Counted from the first letter of the stretch, positions 8,186 through 17,107 are shown. The stretch: DNA of 64,000 bases from Phycisphaeraceae bacterium (GCA_963674705.1 OY771506.1:4011453-4075452); one strand, 5' to 3'. Program-made: numbers and translations. The notes: a model not told the origin generated them from the letters alone.

Positions 8186-10225
8186 ATGAAGACAAGTCTC
8201 GCCTGGCTCAATAGCTATCTGGACAAGCCCCTCACGGCCGAGCAGGCCGAACCGCTGTTAACGGATGTGGGCTTCCCTTTTGATGGCGTGGATGAACTGA
8301 CGCTCTCGACCGGGGCGACGGACACACTGATCGATGTGGAGGTCACGAGCAACCGCAGCGACTGCCTGAGCCATATCGGCCTGGCACGTGAGGCGGCAGC
8401 GTCGGGCGGGTTGTCGCTGGTCATGCCGGAGTTTGGATTGCCGAAGGCGGGCGGTCAGAAAGCAAGCGAGCTGACGAGTGTCGAATGCAGCGAGCCGGTG
8501 AAGTGCCCGCTGTATACCGCGCGGGTGATCACAGGCGTGAAGATCGGCCCGAGCCCGAAGTGGCTCGTCGAGCGGATCGAGGGCGTGGGGCTGAGGTCTG
8601 TCAATAACGTCGTCGATATCACCAACTTCGTCATGCTCGAGATGGGCCAGCCGCTGCACGCGTTCGACATGAACAAGCTCGACGGGAAGCGGATCGTGGT
8701 CCGTTGCGCCAAGAACGGCGAACAGTTCACCGCGATCGACGGCACGAAGCACGAGCTGACCGACAAGATGCTGGTGATCGCTGATAGCTCGCAGGCCGTC
8801 GCTGTGGCGGGCGTGATGGGTGGACTCGACAGCGAGGTCGCCGACGATACGGCAGACATCCTGCTGGAGGCTGCGATCTTTGATCCGCTGAGTGTGCGCA
8901 GCACCAGCCGAAAGCTGAAACTTGCCAGCGATTCGAGCTTCCGTTTTGAGAGAGGCGTCGACCCGCTTGGCGTGGATCGAGCGAGCCAACGAGCGGCACA
9001 ACTGATCGTCGAACTGGCGGGGGGAACGCTTGCCGAGGGTGTGATCCGTGTCGGCCAGGATGAGCCTGCACCTGAACAAGTCGCGATGCGAATCCGGCGG
9101 TGCCAGCAATTACTCGGCGTCGACCTGAACGCGCAGCAGATCGTTGAATCGCTAAGCAGCCTCGGGCTGAATCCGAAGCAGGAAGCGGACACGATCATCT
9201 GCACGATCCCGAGCTTCCGGCTGGACCTGAAACGCGAGGTCGACCTGATCGAAGAGGTTGGACGGCTGTACGGCTACAACAACGTGAAAGTCGAGCAGCG
9301 ACTGGAACTGGAAGTGCGTCCGGAACAGGACACGGTCAAGGCAAGGCAGGAGCTTGGCCGCGTGATGGCAGCGCATGGCTATCACGAAACGATCACACCG
9401 ACGCTGTTGATGGAAGAACACGCCAAGCCGTTTTGTGAGGATACGGCTGTGTTGATGGGTCTGGCGGGTGATTCGCGGCGGAAGGATAAGACACTACGGC
9501 CGTCGCTGTTACCGAGCCTGCTGGTGTGCCGTAAGCACAACCAGGACCGGGGCAACCAGGGTGTGAGGCTGTTCGAGGTCGCCGGATCGTGGAAACAGAG
9601 CAATGGCAAGCCGAACGAGGCAAGCACACTGGCGACGCTGACCGATGCGCCTGATCCGCACGAGGGATTCCGTGAGGCGCGCGGCGCGATCGAGGAGCTG
9701 GTCAGCACTCTCGGCGGACAAAGCGCAACCGAGACACTATCGTTCGAGCCAATTGAGGATGCCAAGTACAAGCCTGCCGCCAAGGTGATGCTCGGCGACA
9801 AGGCGTGCGGGCAGATCGGGTTAATTGGACATAAGCTGCTCGATACGTTCGGCCTTCAGACGCCGGTCGTGCTCGCGGAAGTCGACTACAAGCCGATCCT
9901 CGCGATGTACCCCCCGAAGCGAAGCGTCGGCACGCTGCCGCGCTTCCCGGGTATCGAACGCGACCTGAGCGTTATCGTGGATGAAGCGGTGACCTGGCGG
10001 CAGATCGAAAAGTGCGTGCACGATGCGAACCCCGCCATGCTCGAAGACCTGCAGTTCCTGACGATCTTCCGCGGCAAGCAGATCGGCAAAAGCAAGAAGA
10101 GCCTGAGCCTGCGCATGCTGTTCCGCAATCCCGATGCGACGTTGCGGCACGACGAGGTCGACCCGCAGGTGAACGCGGTGATTGAGAAGCTCAAGCAAGG
10201 GGTTAATGCTGAGTTGCGGGCTTGA
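8186..10225 (+). CDS. pheT: phenylalanine--tRNA ligase beta subunit (short form without the N-terminal OB-fold tRNA-binding domain)
   Basis: Starts MKTSLAWLNSYLDKPL (B1 domain) and runs straight into IDVEVTSNRSDCLSHIGLAREAAA. B3/4, B5 and the C-terminal anticodon-binding-like region follow (FPGIERDLSVIVDE..). The track ORF starts at a TTG at 7775 that lies antisense to rpoZ, so I trimmed it to the ATG at 8186. Confidence 0.9.
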   Translation: MKTSLAWLNSYLDKPLTAEQAEPLLTDVGFPFDGVDELTLSTGATDTLIDVEVTSNRSDCLSHIGLAREAAASGGLSLVMPEFGLPKAGGQKASELTSVECSEPVKCPLYTARVITGVKIGPSPKWLVERIEGVGLRSVNNVVDITNFVMLEMGQPLHAFDMNKLDGKRIVVRCAKNGEQFTAIDGTKHELTDKMLVIADSSQAVAVAGVMGGLDSEVADDTADILLEAAIFDPLSVRSTSRKLKLASDSSFRFERGVDPLGVDRASQRAAQLIVELAGGTLAEGVIRVGQDEPAPEQVAMRIRRCQQLLGVDLNAQQIVESLSSLGLNPKQEADTIICTIPSFRLDLKREVDLIEEVGRLYGYNNVKVEQRLELEVRPEQDTVKARQELGRVMAAHGYHETITPTLLMEEHAKPFCEDTAVLMGLAGDSRRKDKTLRPSLLPSLLVCRKHNQDRGNQGVRLFEVAGSWKQSNGKPNEASTLATLTDAPDPHEGFREARGAIEELVSTLGGQSATETLSFEPIEDAKYKPAAKVMLGDKACGQIGLIGHKLLDTFGLQTPVVLAEVDYKPILAMYPPKRSVGTLPRFPGIERDLSVIVDEAVTWRQIEKCVHDANPAMLEDLQFLTIFRGKQIGKSKKSLSLRMLFRNPDATLRHDEVDPQVNAVIEKLKQGVNAELRA

Positions 10226-10230
10226 TTATT

Positions 10231-10420
10231 TACCGCGAAGGCGCGAAGAACGCCGAGTTTGCGAAGAAGAATTTAGCCACGGATGAACACCGATTAACAC
10301 GGATAAGAATTCATAATTCGTTTTATCCGTGTTAATCGGTGTTTATCTGTGGCAAAAACCTGGTTTGTAAATAGCCTCACATTATTTATTCTTAACTTCG
10401 CGCTCTTCGCGTCTTCGTGG
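10231..10420. repeat. nested palindromic intergenic element of the same family as 6961-7105, at a convergent gene junction
   Basis: The 31-nt inner arms at 10276-10306 and 10323-10353 are complementary with 2 mismatches. The loop is gaattcataattcgtt. The outer GCGAAGA-heptad arms at 10236-10257 and 10396-10417 match at about 18 of 22 positions. Confidence 0.9.
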
Positions 10421-10421
10421 T

Positions 10422-11135
10422 TCAACCTTCTTTGTCTTCCCGCCGTTCGTCGTACCACAGTCCCAACAGGTCGCGGCTTTTCACGGACTTCGGGCCCGCG
10501 AGTGCCATGCGGAACAGGATGCCCATATGCTCCCAGAAGCCGTAGGTCCGCAGCTTCCGCCCGGATGTAAAAACAGCTTCTTTTATCACCACGAACCTGC
10601 CCTGACGGCGCATGGCTCTGCTGAATGTGATCTCCTCGCTGGCAAAGAGCGTTTCGTCGAAGCCGCCAACCGTGTCAAACGCGCTGCGCGTGGCGTAGAC
10701 GAAGCAACCCGCCGCCAGCCCCGCTTTTCGGTAGCAGAAAGTAAAAGCAGGTGCCAGCCAACGGGCGAAGAATGGCAATGAACCACTGACACTGACCGCT
10801 GCGCCGCCCCCGATCGCGCCGTTTCCTAACTCGCGTTGGACAGCCCGCAACACAGATTCATTGATAGTTGTGTCGGCATCCACAAAGATGAGCACGTCGC
10901 CGACCGCCTCGGTTGCGCCGCTGTTGCGGGTTTTGGATATCTGGCGGTTATCGACGTTGACGACTTTTGCCCCGTGCTGCTTGGCGATTTGTTCGGTCGC
11001 GTCGGCCGAAGCATCGTTGGCGACGATGATCTCGTAGGGTTCGCCCAGCGCCTTGGCCGCGCTGTGGATGGACCGGAGCGTGCGCGGCAGCAGTTGCTCT
11101 TCGTTATGGGCGGGGATGATGAAGCAGTACATCAT
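10422..11135 (-). CDS. family 2 glycosyltransferase
   Basis: MMYCFIIPAHNEEQLLPRTLRSIHSAAKALGEPYEIIVANDASADAT..LIFVDADT is a GT2 signature including the DxD-like DAD. The track start at 11165 is a TTG, so I prefer the ATG at 11135. Confidence 0.85.
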   Translation of the reverse strand: MMYCFIIPAHNEEQLLPRTLRSIHSAAKALGEPYEIIVANDASADATEQIAKQHGAKVVNVDNRQISKTRNSGATEAVGDVLIFVDADTTINESVLRAVQRELGNGAIGGGAAVSVSGSLPFFARWLAPAFTFCYRKAGLAAGCFVYATRSAFDTVGGFDETLFASEEITFSRAMRRQGRFVVIKEAVFTSGRKLRTYGFWEHMGILFRMALAGPKSVKSRDLLGLWYDERREDKEG

Positions 11136-11185
11136 GCCTGAATGATAGCAGGGTGATGGATTCAAGAATTAAAGAGGCAAAAGTT

Positions 11186-11357
11186 CACCGCAGAGGACGC
11201 GGAGATCGCGGAGAAAGACAAAACAAAAGAAGTTCCTGTCTAGCAGCATGGGTTCATACCTGTATGTCAGTATAGGCATGAATCTTAGTGAGTTTGATAA
11301 CCCAATGCCTGACTTCTTTTCCTATTCTTCTCTGCGTCCTCTGCGTACTCTGCGGTG
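11186..11357. repeat. long-spacer inverted repeat of CGCAGAG/GACGCGGAG-type units
   Basis: The left arm at 11186-11215 (caccgcagaggacgcggagatcgcggagaa) matches the reverse complement of the right arm at 11328-11357 at about 25 of 30 positions. The spacer is 112 nt. The element lies between the GT2 start and the rhlE stop. Confidence 0.8.
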
Positions 11358-11374
11358 AAACATGCTCGGACACA

Positions 11375-12787
11375 TCATCCAGCCTGCTTGCATGGTTCGG
11401 CGGTGTTGCGGCGTTTGCCGGCACGGTTGCGTCGGCGTCTGGCACTGGCGCGGGGGGCAGCGTTGTTTGAGTGTGATGCGGCCTGGTGGGTGTGGCCCGT
11501 GGCGATGCTATTCTGGTTCGGCTTAGGACCGCCTCGCCTAGGTTTACGTTTGGCTGCGTCGGCGGGCTTGGGTTTGTGTTGCCTGGGTGAGGCGGGGGCG
11601 TGGGGCGTGTGCGGCGGTGGCGGAGCGATCGTGTGTTTGAGCACGGGGATCTGCCTGCCGATGGTCTTTTCGATCTCCTTGAGGTCGTATTTTTGATCGG
11701 GACAGCAGAAGGTAATCGCCCGGCCGTCGGCACCTGCGCGACCGCTTCGGCCGATACGGTGCACGTAGGTCTCGGCGTCGCCGGGCATGTCGAAGTTGAC
11801 GACATGTGAAACTTCGTCGACATCCAACCCACGGGCTGCGATATCGCTGGCGACCAGGATACGGGTTTTGCCAGCCTTGAAGTTACTCAAGGCGCGGGTG
11901 CGTGCGTTCTGGCTTTTGTCGGAATGGATCGCTTCGGCGGTGAAGCCTTGGCCGTTGAGCCGTTTGGTGATGCGGTCCGCGCCGCGTTTCGTGCGGGAGA
12001 AAACCAGTGTCCGCTTCATGTCGGGTTCACGCAACAGCGAGCTGAGCAGCTCGGTCTTGCTGCGTGGGTCGATGAAGTAGGCGGACTGCTCGACGGTGTC
12101 GGCGGTGGCGTTCTTCGCGGCAACCTTCACAACCGCAGGGTCGGTGAGGATTGAATCGGCGAGCCCCTGAATGGATTGGGGCATCGTCGCGGAGAACATG
12201 AGCGTCTGCCGTTTATCCGGTATCTGCGCGATGATCTTGCGGATGTCGTGAATGAAGCCCATATCGAGCATCCGGTCTGCCTCGTCGAGTACGAGGATCT
12301 CGACGGTGTCGAGTGAAAGGACGCGCTGGTTGAGCAGGTCCATCAGTCGGCCCGGCGTGGCGACGACGATATCGACGCCTGCTTTAAGGGCGCTGACCTG
12401 TGGGCGTTGGTTGACTCCGCCGAAGATGGTGGTGCCGCGCAGGTTCAGGTTTTGGCCGTAGGTCCTGAAGCTGTCGCCGATCTGGGCGGCCAGTTCACGG
12501 GTAGGGCTGAGGACCAGGGCGCGGATGGGGCGTTTATCCGGCCGACGCGCCGCCTTGCCCATTGTGGGCTTAGGCTCGGTTTGTGGCTCTTGGGTATAAA
12601 GCAACTGAAGCACGGGCAGCGCGAACGCAGCCGTCTTCCCGGTACCGGTCTGGGCACAGCCGAGCAGGTCGCGTCCTTCGATCACGTGGGGGAAAGTCTG
12701 GCTCTGGATGGCAGTTGGGGTAACGTAGCCCTCTTGGCTAAGGGCACGCAAGAGAGGCTTGATAAGCCTCAATTCTGAAAATCTCAT
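11375..12787 (-). CDS. rhlE: DEAD-box ATP-dependent RNA helicase (RhlE-like) with a basic Pro-rich C-terminal tail
   Basis: Q-motif (TPTAIQ), AQTGTGKT, DEAD, SAT and HRIGRSGRAG motifs are all present. 470 aa. Confidence 0.9.
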   Translation of the reverse strand: MRFSELRLIKPLLRALSQEGYVTPTAIQSQTFPHVIEGRDLLGCAQTGTGKTAAFALPVLQLLYTQEPQTEPKPTMGKAARRPDKRPIRALVLSPTRELAAQIGDSFRTYGQNLNLRGTTIFGGVNQRPQVSALKAGVDIVVATPGRLMDLLNQRVLSLDTVEILVLDEADRMLDMGFIHDIRKIIAQIPDKRQTLMFSATMPQSIQGLADSILTDPAVVKVAAKNATADTVEQSAYFIDPRSKTELLSSLLREPDMKRTLVFSRTKRGADRITKRLNGQGFTAEAIHSDKSQNARTRALSNFKAGKTRILVASDIAARGLDVDEVSHVVNFDMPGDAETYVHRIGRSGRAGADGRAITFCCPDQKYDLKEIEKTIGRQIPVLKHTIAPPPPHTPHAPASPRQHKPKPADAAKRKPRRGGPKPNQNSIATGHTHQAASHSNNAAPRASARRRRNRAGKRRNTAEPCKQAG

Positions 12788-12947
12788 GGGTCGGGTTCAA
12801 TCGGGGGGTGTGAGGCTGTAGGCCTGAAAACGCAGGCCGTTGCCGCGTAGAAATTGCATTATAGCAGACTTATCGACTAAATCCCAGCCCGGCATCAATC
12901 AGCCTGATGTTTAGTATTGAGTCATTATGAATATTGGTAGCGTTAAA

Positions 12948-12994
12948 GCCCAGCCATTGCATGGCTGGGTGGCCCACAGATGCAATTTGTGGGC
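12948..12994. other. two adjacent stem-loops with mutually complementary 7-nt loops (alternative long hairpin possible)
   Basis: Hairpin 1 is gcccagcc-attgcat-ggctgggt at 12948-12970. Hairpin 2 is gcccaca-gatgcaatt-tgtgggc at 12972-12994. The loop attgcat is the exact reverse complement of atgcaat at 12980-12986. Confidence 0.5.
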
Positions 12995-13110
12995 TTCCAT
13001 TGAAAGTTATCAATGGCTATCGCTCGTAGCTGACTAGCCCTCTCGTCGTGACATTCACTATAAGGACCGTACAATCCGTTTACAATGAGCATGAGAGATA
13101 GGTGTGGCAT

Positions 13111-13854
13111 ATGCGCTACTACGAACTACATGATGCCGAATACATCAAACGGCTAGGTAATGGCCAACAGGGTTGGGATGCGGGGGATTACGATGACTTT
13201 TTCATGAAGACGTTTGTTGAGCGGTCGCTTGAAGTCTTCGGCCGTGACACAAAAGGTCTGCGAGCATTGGATCTCGGCTGCGGGACAGGGGCGTTGTCCT
13301 GCCTTTTGTCTGAGCGGGGATTTGACGTTACGGGTGTTGATATCTCACCGTCGGCTATCGCTTACGCGCTGCAGATGTCTGCTTCACGTGAGTTTAATAT
13401 CTCGTTCCAGGTGCTCGATGTCTGCCGTGATCCGTTTCCTGAAGGCCGATTCGATCTGATCGTCGACAGCCACCTGCTGCATTGCATCGTGTTTGCGGAT
13501 GAACGCCAGCATTTGTTGAGCAAGGTGCGCCAAGCGCTGCGGCCTGAAGGGCAATTCTGGATGGAAACGATGTACCTGCCCGAAGGTCAAGCGCCGAAGC
13601 CTGAGTGGCACCTCGATGATCGCGGAGTGGTCTGGCATCGCCATGACGGGCACATCCAGTGTGAGCATAACGTTCAGCGTGACGGAAGCTGGTGGACACC
13701 TTTGCGGTTTATCGCGCTGTGCCCGCAAGTTCTGCTTGATGAATTAACCCAAGCCGGGCTGGGGATCATCGAATGGGATACATACCCACCGCTGGAACCC
13801 TGTGATCCAGGTGGATTCCAGGCACGATGCAGCAACGGTGACGTCACTCAATAA
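13111..13854 (+). CDS. class I SAM-dependent methyltransferase
   Basis: Motif I is ALDLGCGTGALSCLLSERGFDVTGVDISPSAI. The post-I/II layout is present (FDLIVDSHLLHCI). The track start at 13102 is a GTG, and an ATG lies at 13111. Confidence 0.8.
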   Translation: MRYYELHDAEYIKRLGNGQQGWDAGDYDDFFMKTFVERSLEVFGRDTKGLRALDLGCGTGALSCLLSERGFDVTGVDISPSAIAYALQMSASREFNISFQVLDVCRDPFPEGRFDLIVDSHLLHCIVFADERQHLLSKVRQALRPEGQFWMETMYLPEGQAPKPEWHLDDRGVVWHRHDGHIQCEHNVQRDGSWWTPLRFIALCPQVLLDELTQAGLGIIEWDTYPPLEPCDPGGFQARCSNGDVTQ

Positions 13855-13917
13855 AATACCCGCAGCAAAGACTGCGGGTATTCAGTTCATCAATCTGATC
13901 GCGTTTGAGTGTTACGA

Positions 13918-14568
13918 TCACTTGCGCCGACGCGGCAGCAGAGCGGCTGCACCGAAAGCCAGCATACCCAGCGTTGCCGGCTCGGGGATCGCATTGAAGC
14001 TGAGGTCGTCCATGCCAAAGTATTCGGCATTACTGGTGGTTGCGTCGTCGGTGCGGATCGTGAGTTCGCTGAACGGGGTATCGGAAACAATCCCGATAAA
14101 GCCGGTGCCTTCTCCGCGGAGGTAGGCACTCATGGCGATGGACTGGTCGCCGAAATCGAAACGGAGGTTGTCACCAGTGAGTGTGTCTTCAAAGTCGGCG
14201 CCCCACGCGGTGACGGTGGTGGGGAAAATGAAGGTATGGACAGTGGGCGTTGTTGTACCGCCGCCGCCCTGGCCGGGTGTAAATACGTGCCCGCTTAAGA
14301 ACGGCGTGCCGTTGATGATGTAGGTACCGGTGCCGGAGATTTTAGGGCCACTGTCGGACGGGCCGGCATCGAGGTAGAACGAGACGAGTTCGAGCTGTGT
14401 CGTGCCGGGGTAAAGGAAGCCCTGGGGCAGGTTGTCGAAAGTCTCAATATAGACCGTGCCGGCGGCCGCCTCCCATGCGGTGCGGCTGGTGTATACATCA
14501 ATGACCGAACCGAAGGTTGAACCAGCGGGGATCGCCGCCAACATCATCGCGCCTAGCAAGTGTCTCAT
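13918..14568 (-). CDS. secreted PEP-CTERM sorting-domain protein
   Basis: N-terminal signal peptide MRHLLGAMMLAAIPAGSTFG. The C-terminal IPEPATLGMLAFGAAALLPRRRK gives the PEP motif, a TM helix and a basic tail. Confidence 0.8.
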   Translation of the reverse strand: MRHLLGAMMLAAIPAGSTFGSVIDVYTSRTAWEAAAGTVYIETFDNLPQGFLYPGTTQLELVSFYLDAGPSDSGPKISGTGTYIINGTPFLSGHVFTPGQGGGGTTTPTVHTFIFPTTVTAWGADFEDTLTGDNLRFDFGDQSIAMSAYLRGEGTGFIGIVSDTPFSELTIRTDDATTSNAEYFGMDDLSFNAIPEPATLGMLAFGAAALLPRRRK

Positions 14569-14776
14569 GTCTCACTCCTTCAATAGTAGAAACGTACTGT
14601 CATATGAACCCCGGACACAACGGCCCGACAGGTACTGCCTTGTTTAATTCGGACGATTTTGGTGCGGTCTTGGGTGCCCGGATCGTCTGCGGATAGAGAT
14701 TAACAAGATAACTGCTTGATATGCGTGTTATTCAGACGTTGGCTGGTAAGTGATACCGCTGCGTTAGCGATGGGTA

Positions 14777-15508
14777 TCAGATTGCTTTGAATCCCTGGCC
14801 CTTGGGATCGGCGACAGCGACCACAGCGGCGTGGATACTGCGGGCACCTGCTTTCTTGATAAGACGCGCGCAAGCGGCAAGTGTCGCACCGCTGGTTTTG
14901 ACATCGTCGATCAGTAGGATGTCTCGCCCGGACAGGTCGACCGGCTGGATGGCGAAGGATCGGCGCACGTTGTCGTCACGCTGCGATGGCGCGATGGATG
15001 TCTGCGGCGGGGTGTGGCGGGTGCGTCTGAGGATCGGGGCGTATGTCCAGTGCTTTTTGTTTGCTACCGCTCGGGCGATCAGGTCGGCCTGGTTGAAGCC
15101 ACGACGCCAGCGACGCAGACGATGCATCGGTACTGGGCAGACGAGCAGGTTGTTTGTGTTTTGAGGCGCTTCGAGTAAGTCTGCAAGTTGCTTGCCCATC
15201 CATTCACCGAAGCGCCATCGGCGTTGGAACTTGAGTTGGCGTATCCACTCATCGACAGGTTCGTGATAGGCGGCGAGGCGGGTGAAGCGGTGCCAGGGCA
15301 GGCTCTTGTCGACACAGAACGTGCAGCCGCGCGGCGTAACCGAGCCTTGCCCGGCCGAGGCGCCGCAGCGTGGGCAGTAATCTTCAGCCGAATCCGGATG
15401 CCAATCACCAGCGTTGTCGGGTGCGTCACCGGGTGGGAGCCATTCATCGAGGACGCTACCCAGCCAGCGGCCTGTTTGGTGCACTGTTTTTACTAACGCG
15501 ATGGACAT
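14777..15508 (-). CDS. comF: ComF-family phosphoribosyltransferase-domain protein
   Basis: An N-terminal Cys pair (CPRCG..CTFC) and a C-terminal PRTase loop (ILLIDDVKTSGATLAACARLI) are present. Confidence 0.8.
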   Translation of the reverse strand: MSIALVKTVHQTGRWLGSVLDEWLPPGDAPDNAGDWHPDSAEDYCPRCGASAGQGSVTPRGCTFCVDKSLPWHRFTRLAAYHEPVDEWIRQLKFQRRWRFGEWMGKQLADLLEAPQNTNNLLVCPVPMHRLRRWRRGFNQADLIARAVANKKHWTYAPILRRTRHTPPQTSIAPSQRDDNVRRSFAIQPVDLSGRDILLIDDVKTSGATLAACARLIKKAGARSIHAAVVAVADPKGQGFKAI

Positions 15509-15633
15509 GATGCGTGTGGTTATACTTGCTGATGGCGTGGGGGGCTAGTTGGGGGAGGGTGTAGGTTTCAGGGTGTGGGGTATAGGGTCAAGACAAGAAA
15601 AGACAGGAAACGGATTTGCCTGAGACAGACAAT

Positions 15634-16437
15634 ATGCAGGGAACTGATAAGCCTGGTGCGATTGCAGGGCTGCGGGGGCTGGTGATATCGGCACCGTTTG
15701 GGAATTACATCCAGCCGGCGGGTGCGACGGCAACGCTGGGGACGTTTACGTTGATGCGTCGGCCGGGGCGGATCAAACAGATCCTCAAGACGGTGCGGTA
15801 TCGGCCGAAACTCAAAGCCTGGGTCAACAAGATCGGGCTGCGCAACCCGGGGATCGACTGGCTTGCGAACAAGGTCACGGCAGGCAAGATCGATGTCAGC
15901 GACAAACTCGTGAGCGTACACGGTTTTGATGCTGAGCAGTGGATGACGCTGCTGGAGAAGATCCAGGCAATCAAGCCGATGGCGGTCGAACTGAACATGA
16001 GTTGTCCAAACGTCGGCGAGATCGACTGGCCGGCGGACTTGTTCGGCCGCGCGGCTGAGACCGGGATTCCGATTGTCGTGAAGCTGCCGCCGGTCAATTA
16101 CCAGCAGATGGTGGAACAGGCGGTGGATGCGGGGGTGCGTGTGTATCATTGCTGCAACACACTGCCGGTGCCGGAAGGCGGGATGAGCGGCAGGCCATTG
16201 CAGCCGGTAGCGCTTGACTGCATCCGAGATCTGCGCGAGCGGTCGTGGGGCAAAGACCTGACGATCATCGGCGGCGGCGGGATTTACGAAGTTGCCGACA
16301 TCGATAAATTCATTGAAGCAGGTGCGGATCATGTGGCGCTGGGGACCAAGACGATGAATCCGCTTTTGCTATTGAGTACGGCAAGCTTACAGCCGTTCGT
16401 GAAACGGGCGGAGCAGCACTTGGGGAATCGCCAATGA
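15634..16437 (+). CDS. dihydroorotate dehydrogenase-like TIM-barrel flavoprotein (short, class-1-like)
   Basis: NKIGLRNPGI, VELNMSCPNVGE and IIGGGGI motifs resemble class 1 DHOD/DHPD family proteins. It is shorter than canonical PyrD, so orthology is uncertain. The track start at 15616 is a TTG. Confidence 0.65.
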   Translation: MQGTDKPGAIAGLRGLVISAPFGNYIQPAGATATLGTFTLMRRPGRIKQILKTVRYRPKLKAWVNKIGLRNPGIDWLANKVTAGKIDVSDKLVSVHGFDAEQWMTLLEKIQAIKPMAVELNMSCPNVGEIDWPADLFGRAAETGIPIVVKLPPVNYQQMVEQAVDAGVRVYHCCNTLPVPEGGMSGRPLQPVALDCIRDLRERSWGKDLTIIGGGGIYEVADIDKFIEAGADHVALGTKTMNPLLLLSTASLQPFVKRAEQHLGNRQ

Positions 16438-16883
16438 TCGAGCTGGACCCACATCCATCGCACGACCGATACACGTTGCGTCCAGTTGTGGATGATGACT
16501 ATGATTTTCTCTGGCAGTTGAAGTGCGACACGCTCAAGCGGTACATCGAGCCGCTTTACGGCTGGGACGCGGAATTGGCACAGCGAATCCTGAAACGTGT
16601 CATGCGGGGGGCGCATCTGGTGCTTGTCGATGGTCAGCCTGCCGGTATTTTGAAGATCGAGCTTTGCGACGGTTTTGTTTATCTGGCTGAGATCGGTCTG
16701 AAACCCGAACTGCAAGGCCAAGGCCTGGGCACGCAGATTATCCGGGATGTCACCGAACTGGCGGACAGCCTGGGCTATCCGGTGGAATTACAGGTTTTCG
16801 CGGCCAATCCGGCGGCCAAGTTATACCAGCGGCTCGGGTTTGAAGTCACCCATCACAAAATGTACAGGCCGAGTTCGGAGTAG
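16434..16883 (+). CDS. GNAT family N-acetyltransferase
   Basis: An acetyl-CoA loop-like LQGQGLGTQII and a C-terminal AANPAAKLYQRLGFEV are present. The start overlaps the upstream stop (ATGA at 16434-16437). Confidence 0.75.
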   Translation: MIELDPHPSHDRYTLRPVVDDDYDFLWQLKCDTLKRYIEPLYGWDAELAQRILKRVMRGAHLVLVDGQPAGILKIELCDGFVYLAEIGLKPELQGQGLGTQIIRDVTELADSLGYPVELQVFAANPAAKLYQRLGFEVTHHKMYRPSSE

Positions 16884-17107
16884 AGACAGACGGATCAGAA
16901 ATTGCTCGATGCATACAGGCCTTGGGATCAAACGATCGAAGTGATGGGACAAGTCACCTTACGCCGAGTAGGCAACGAAACAACAAATCTACTAAGGATT
17001 ATTTTGGGTGGGGTAAAGTCGCGTTAAAATTCTGTAAATGCAATTCGGGTTCGAAGTGATATGCGACAAAATGTATCGTAGTGTTAGTGGAGCAAGGGCT
17101 GAATAGG

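Noticed and set aside
8258-9204. 249-283-aa minus-strand ORFs inside pheT
   Set aside because: These are antisense shadows of a confidently identified gene, with Arg/Ser-rich low-complexity translations.
6325-11357. Interpreting the gene-bracketing palindromes as integron attC sites or cassettes
   Set aside because: I found no GTTRRRY/RYYYAAC core sites at the element ends and no intI-like integrase in the window. The bracketed genes are in opposite orientations and the elements belong to different sequence families.
11254-11832. 192-aa minus-strand ORF overlapping the rhlE tail in another frame
   Set aside because: The translation is Pro/Thr/Arg-rich and runs through the inverted-repeat arm (..STQRTQRR..). 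The rhlE frame carries all the helicase motifs.
17040-17075. tRNA-like T-arm string gggttcgaag
   Set aside because: The surrounding sequence cannot form acceptor, D and anticodon stems. I saw no cloverleaf-compatible sequence in any intergenic region.
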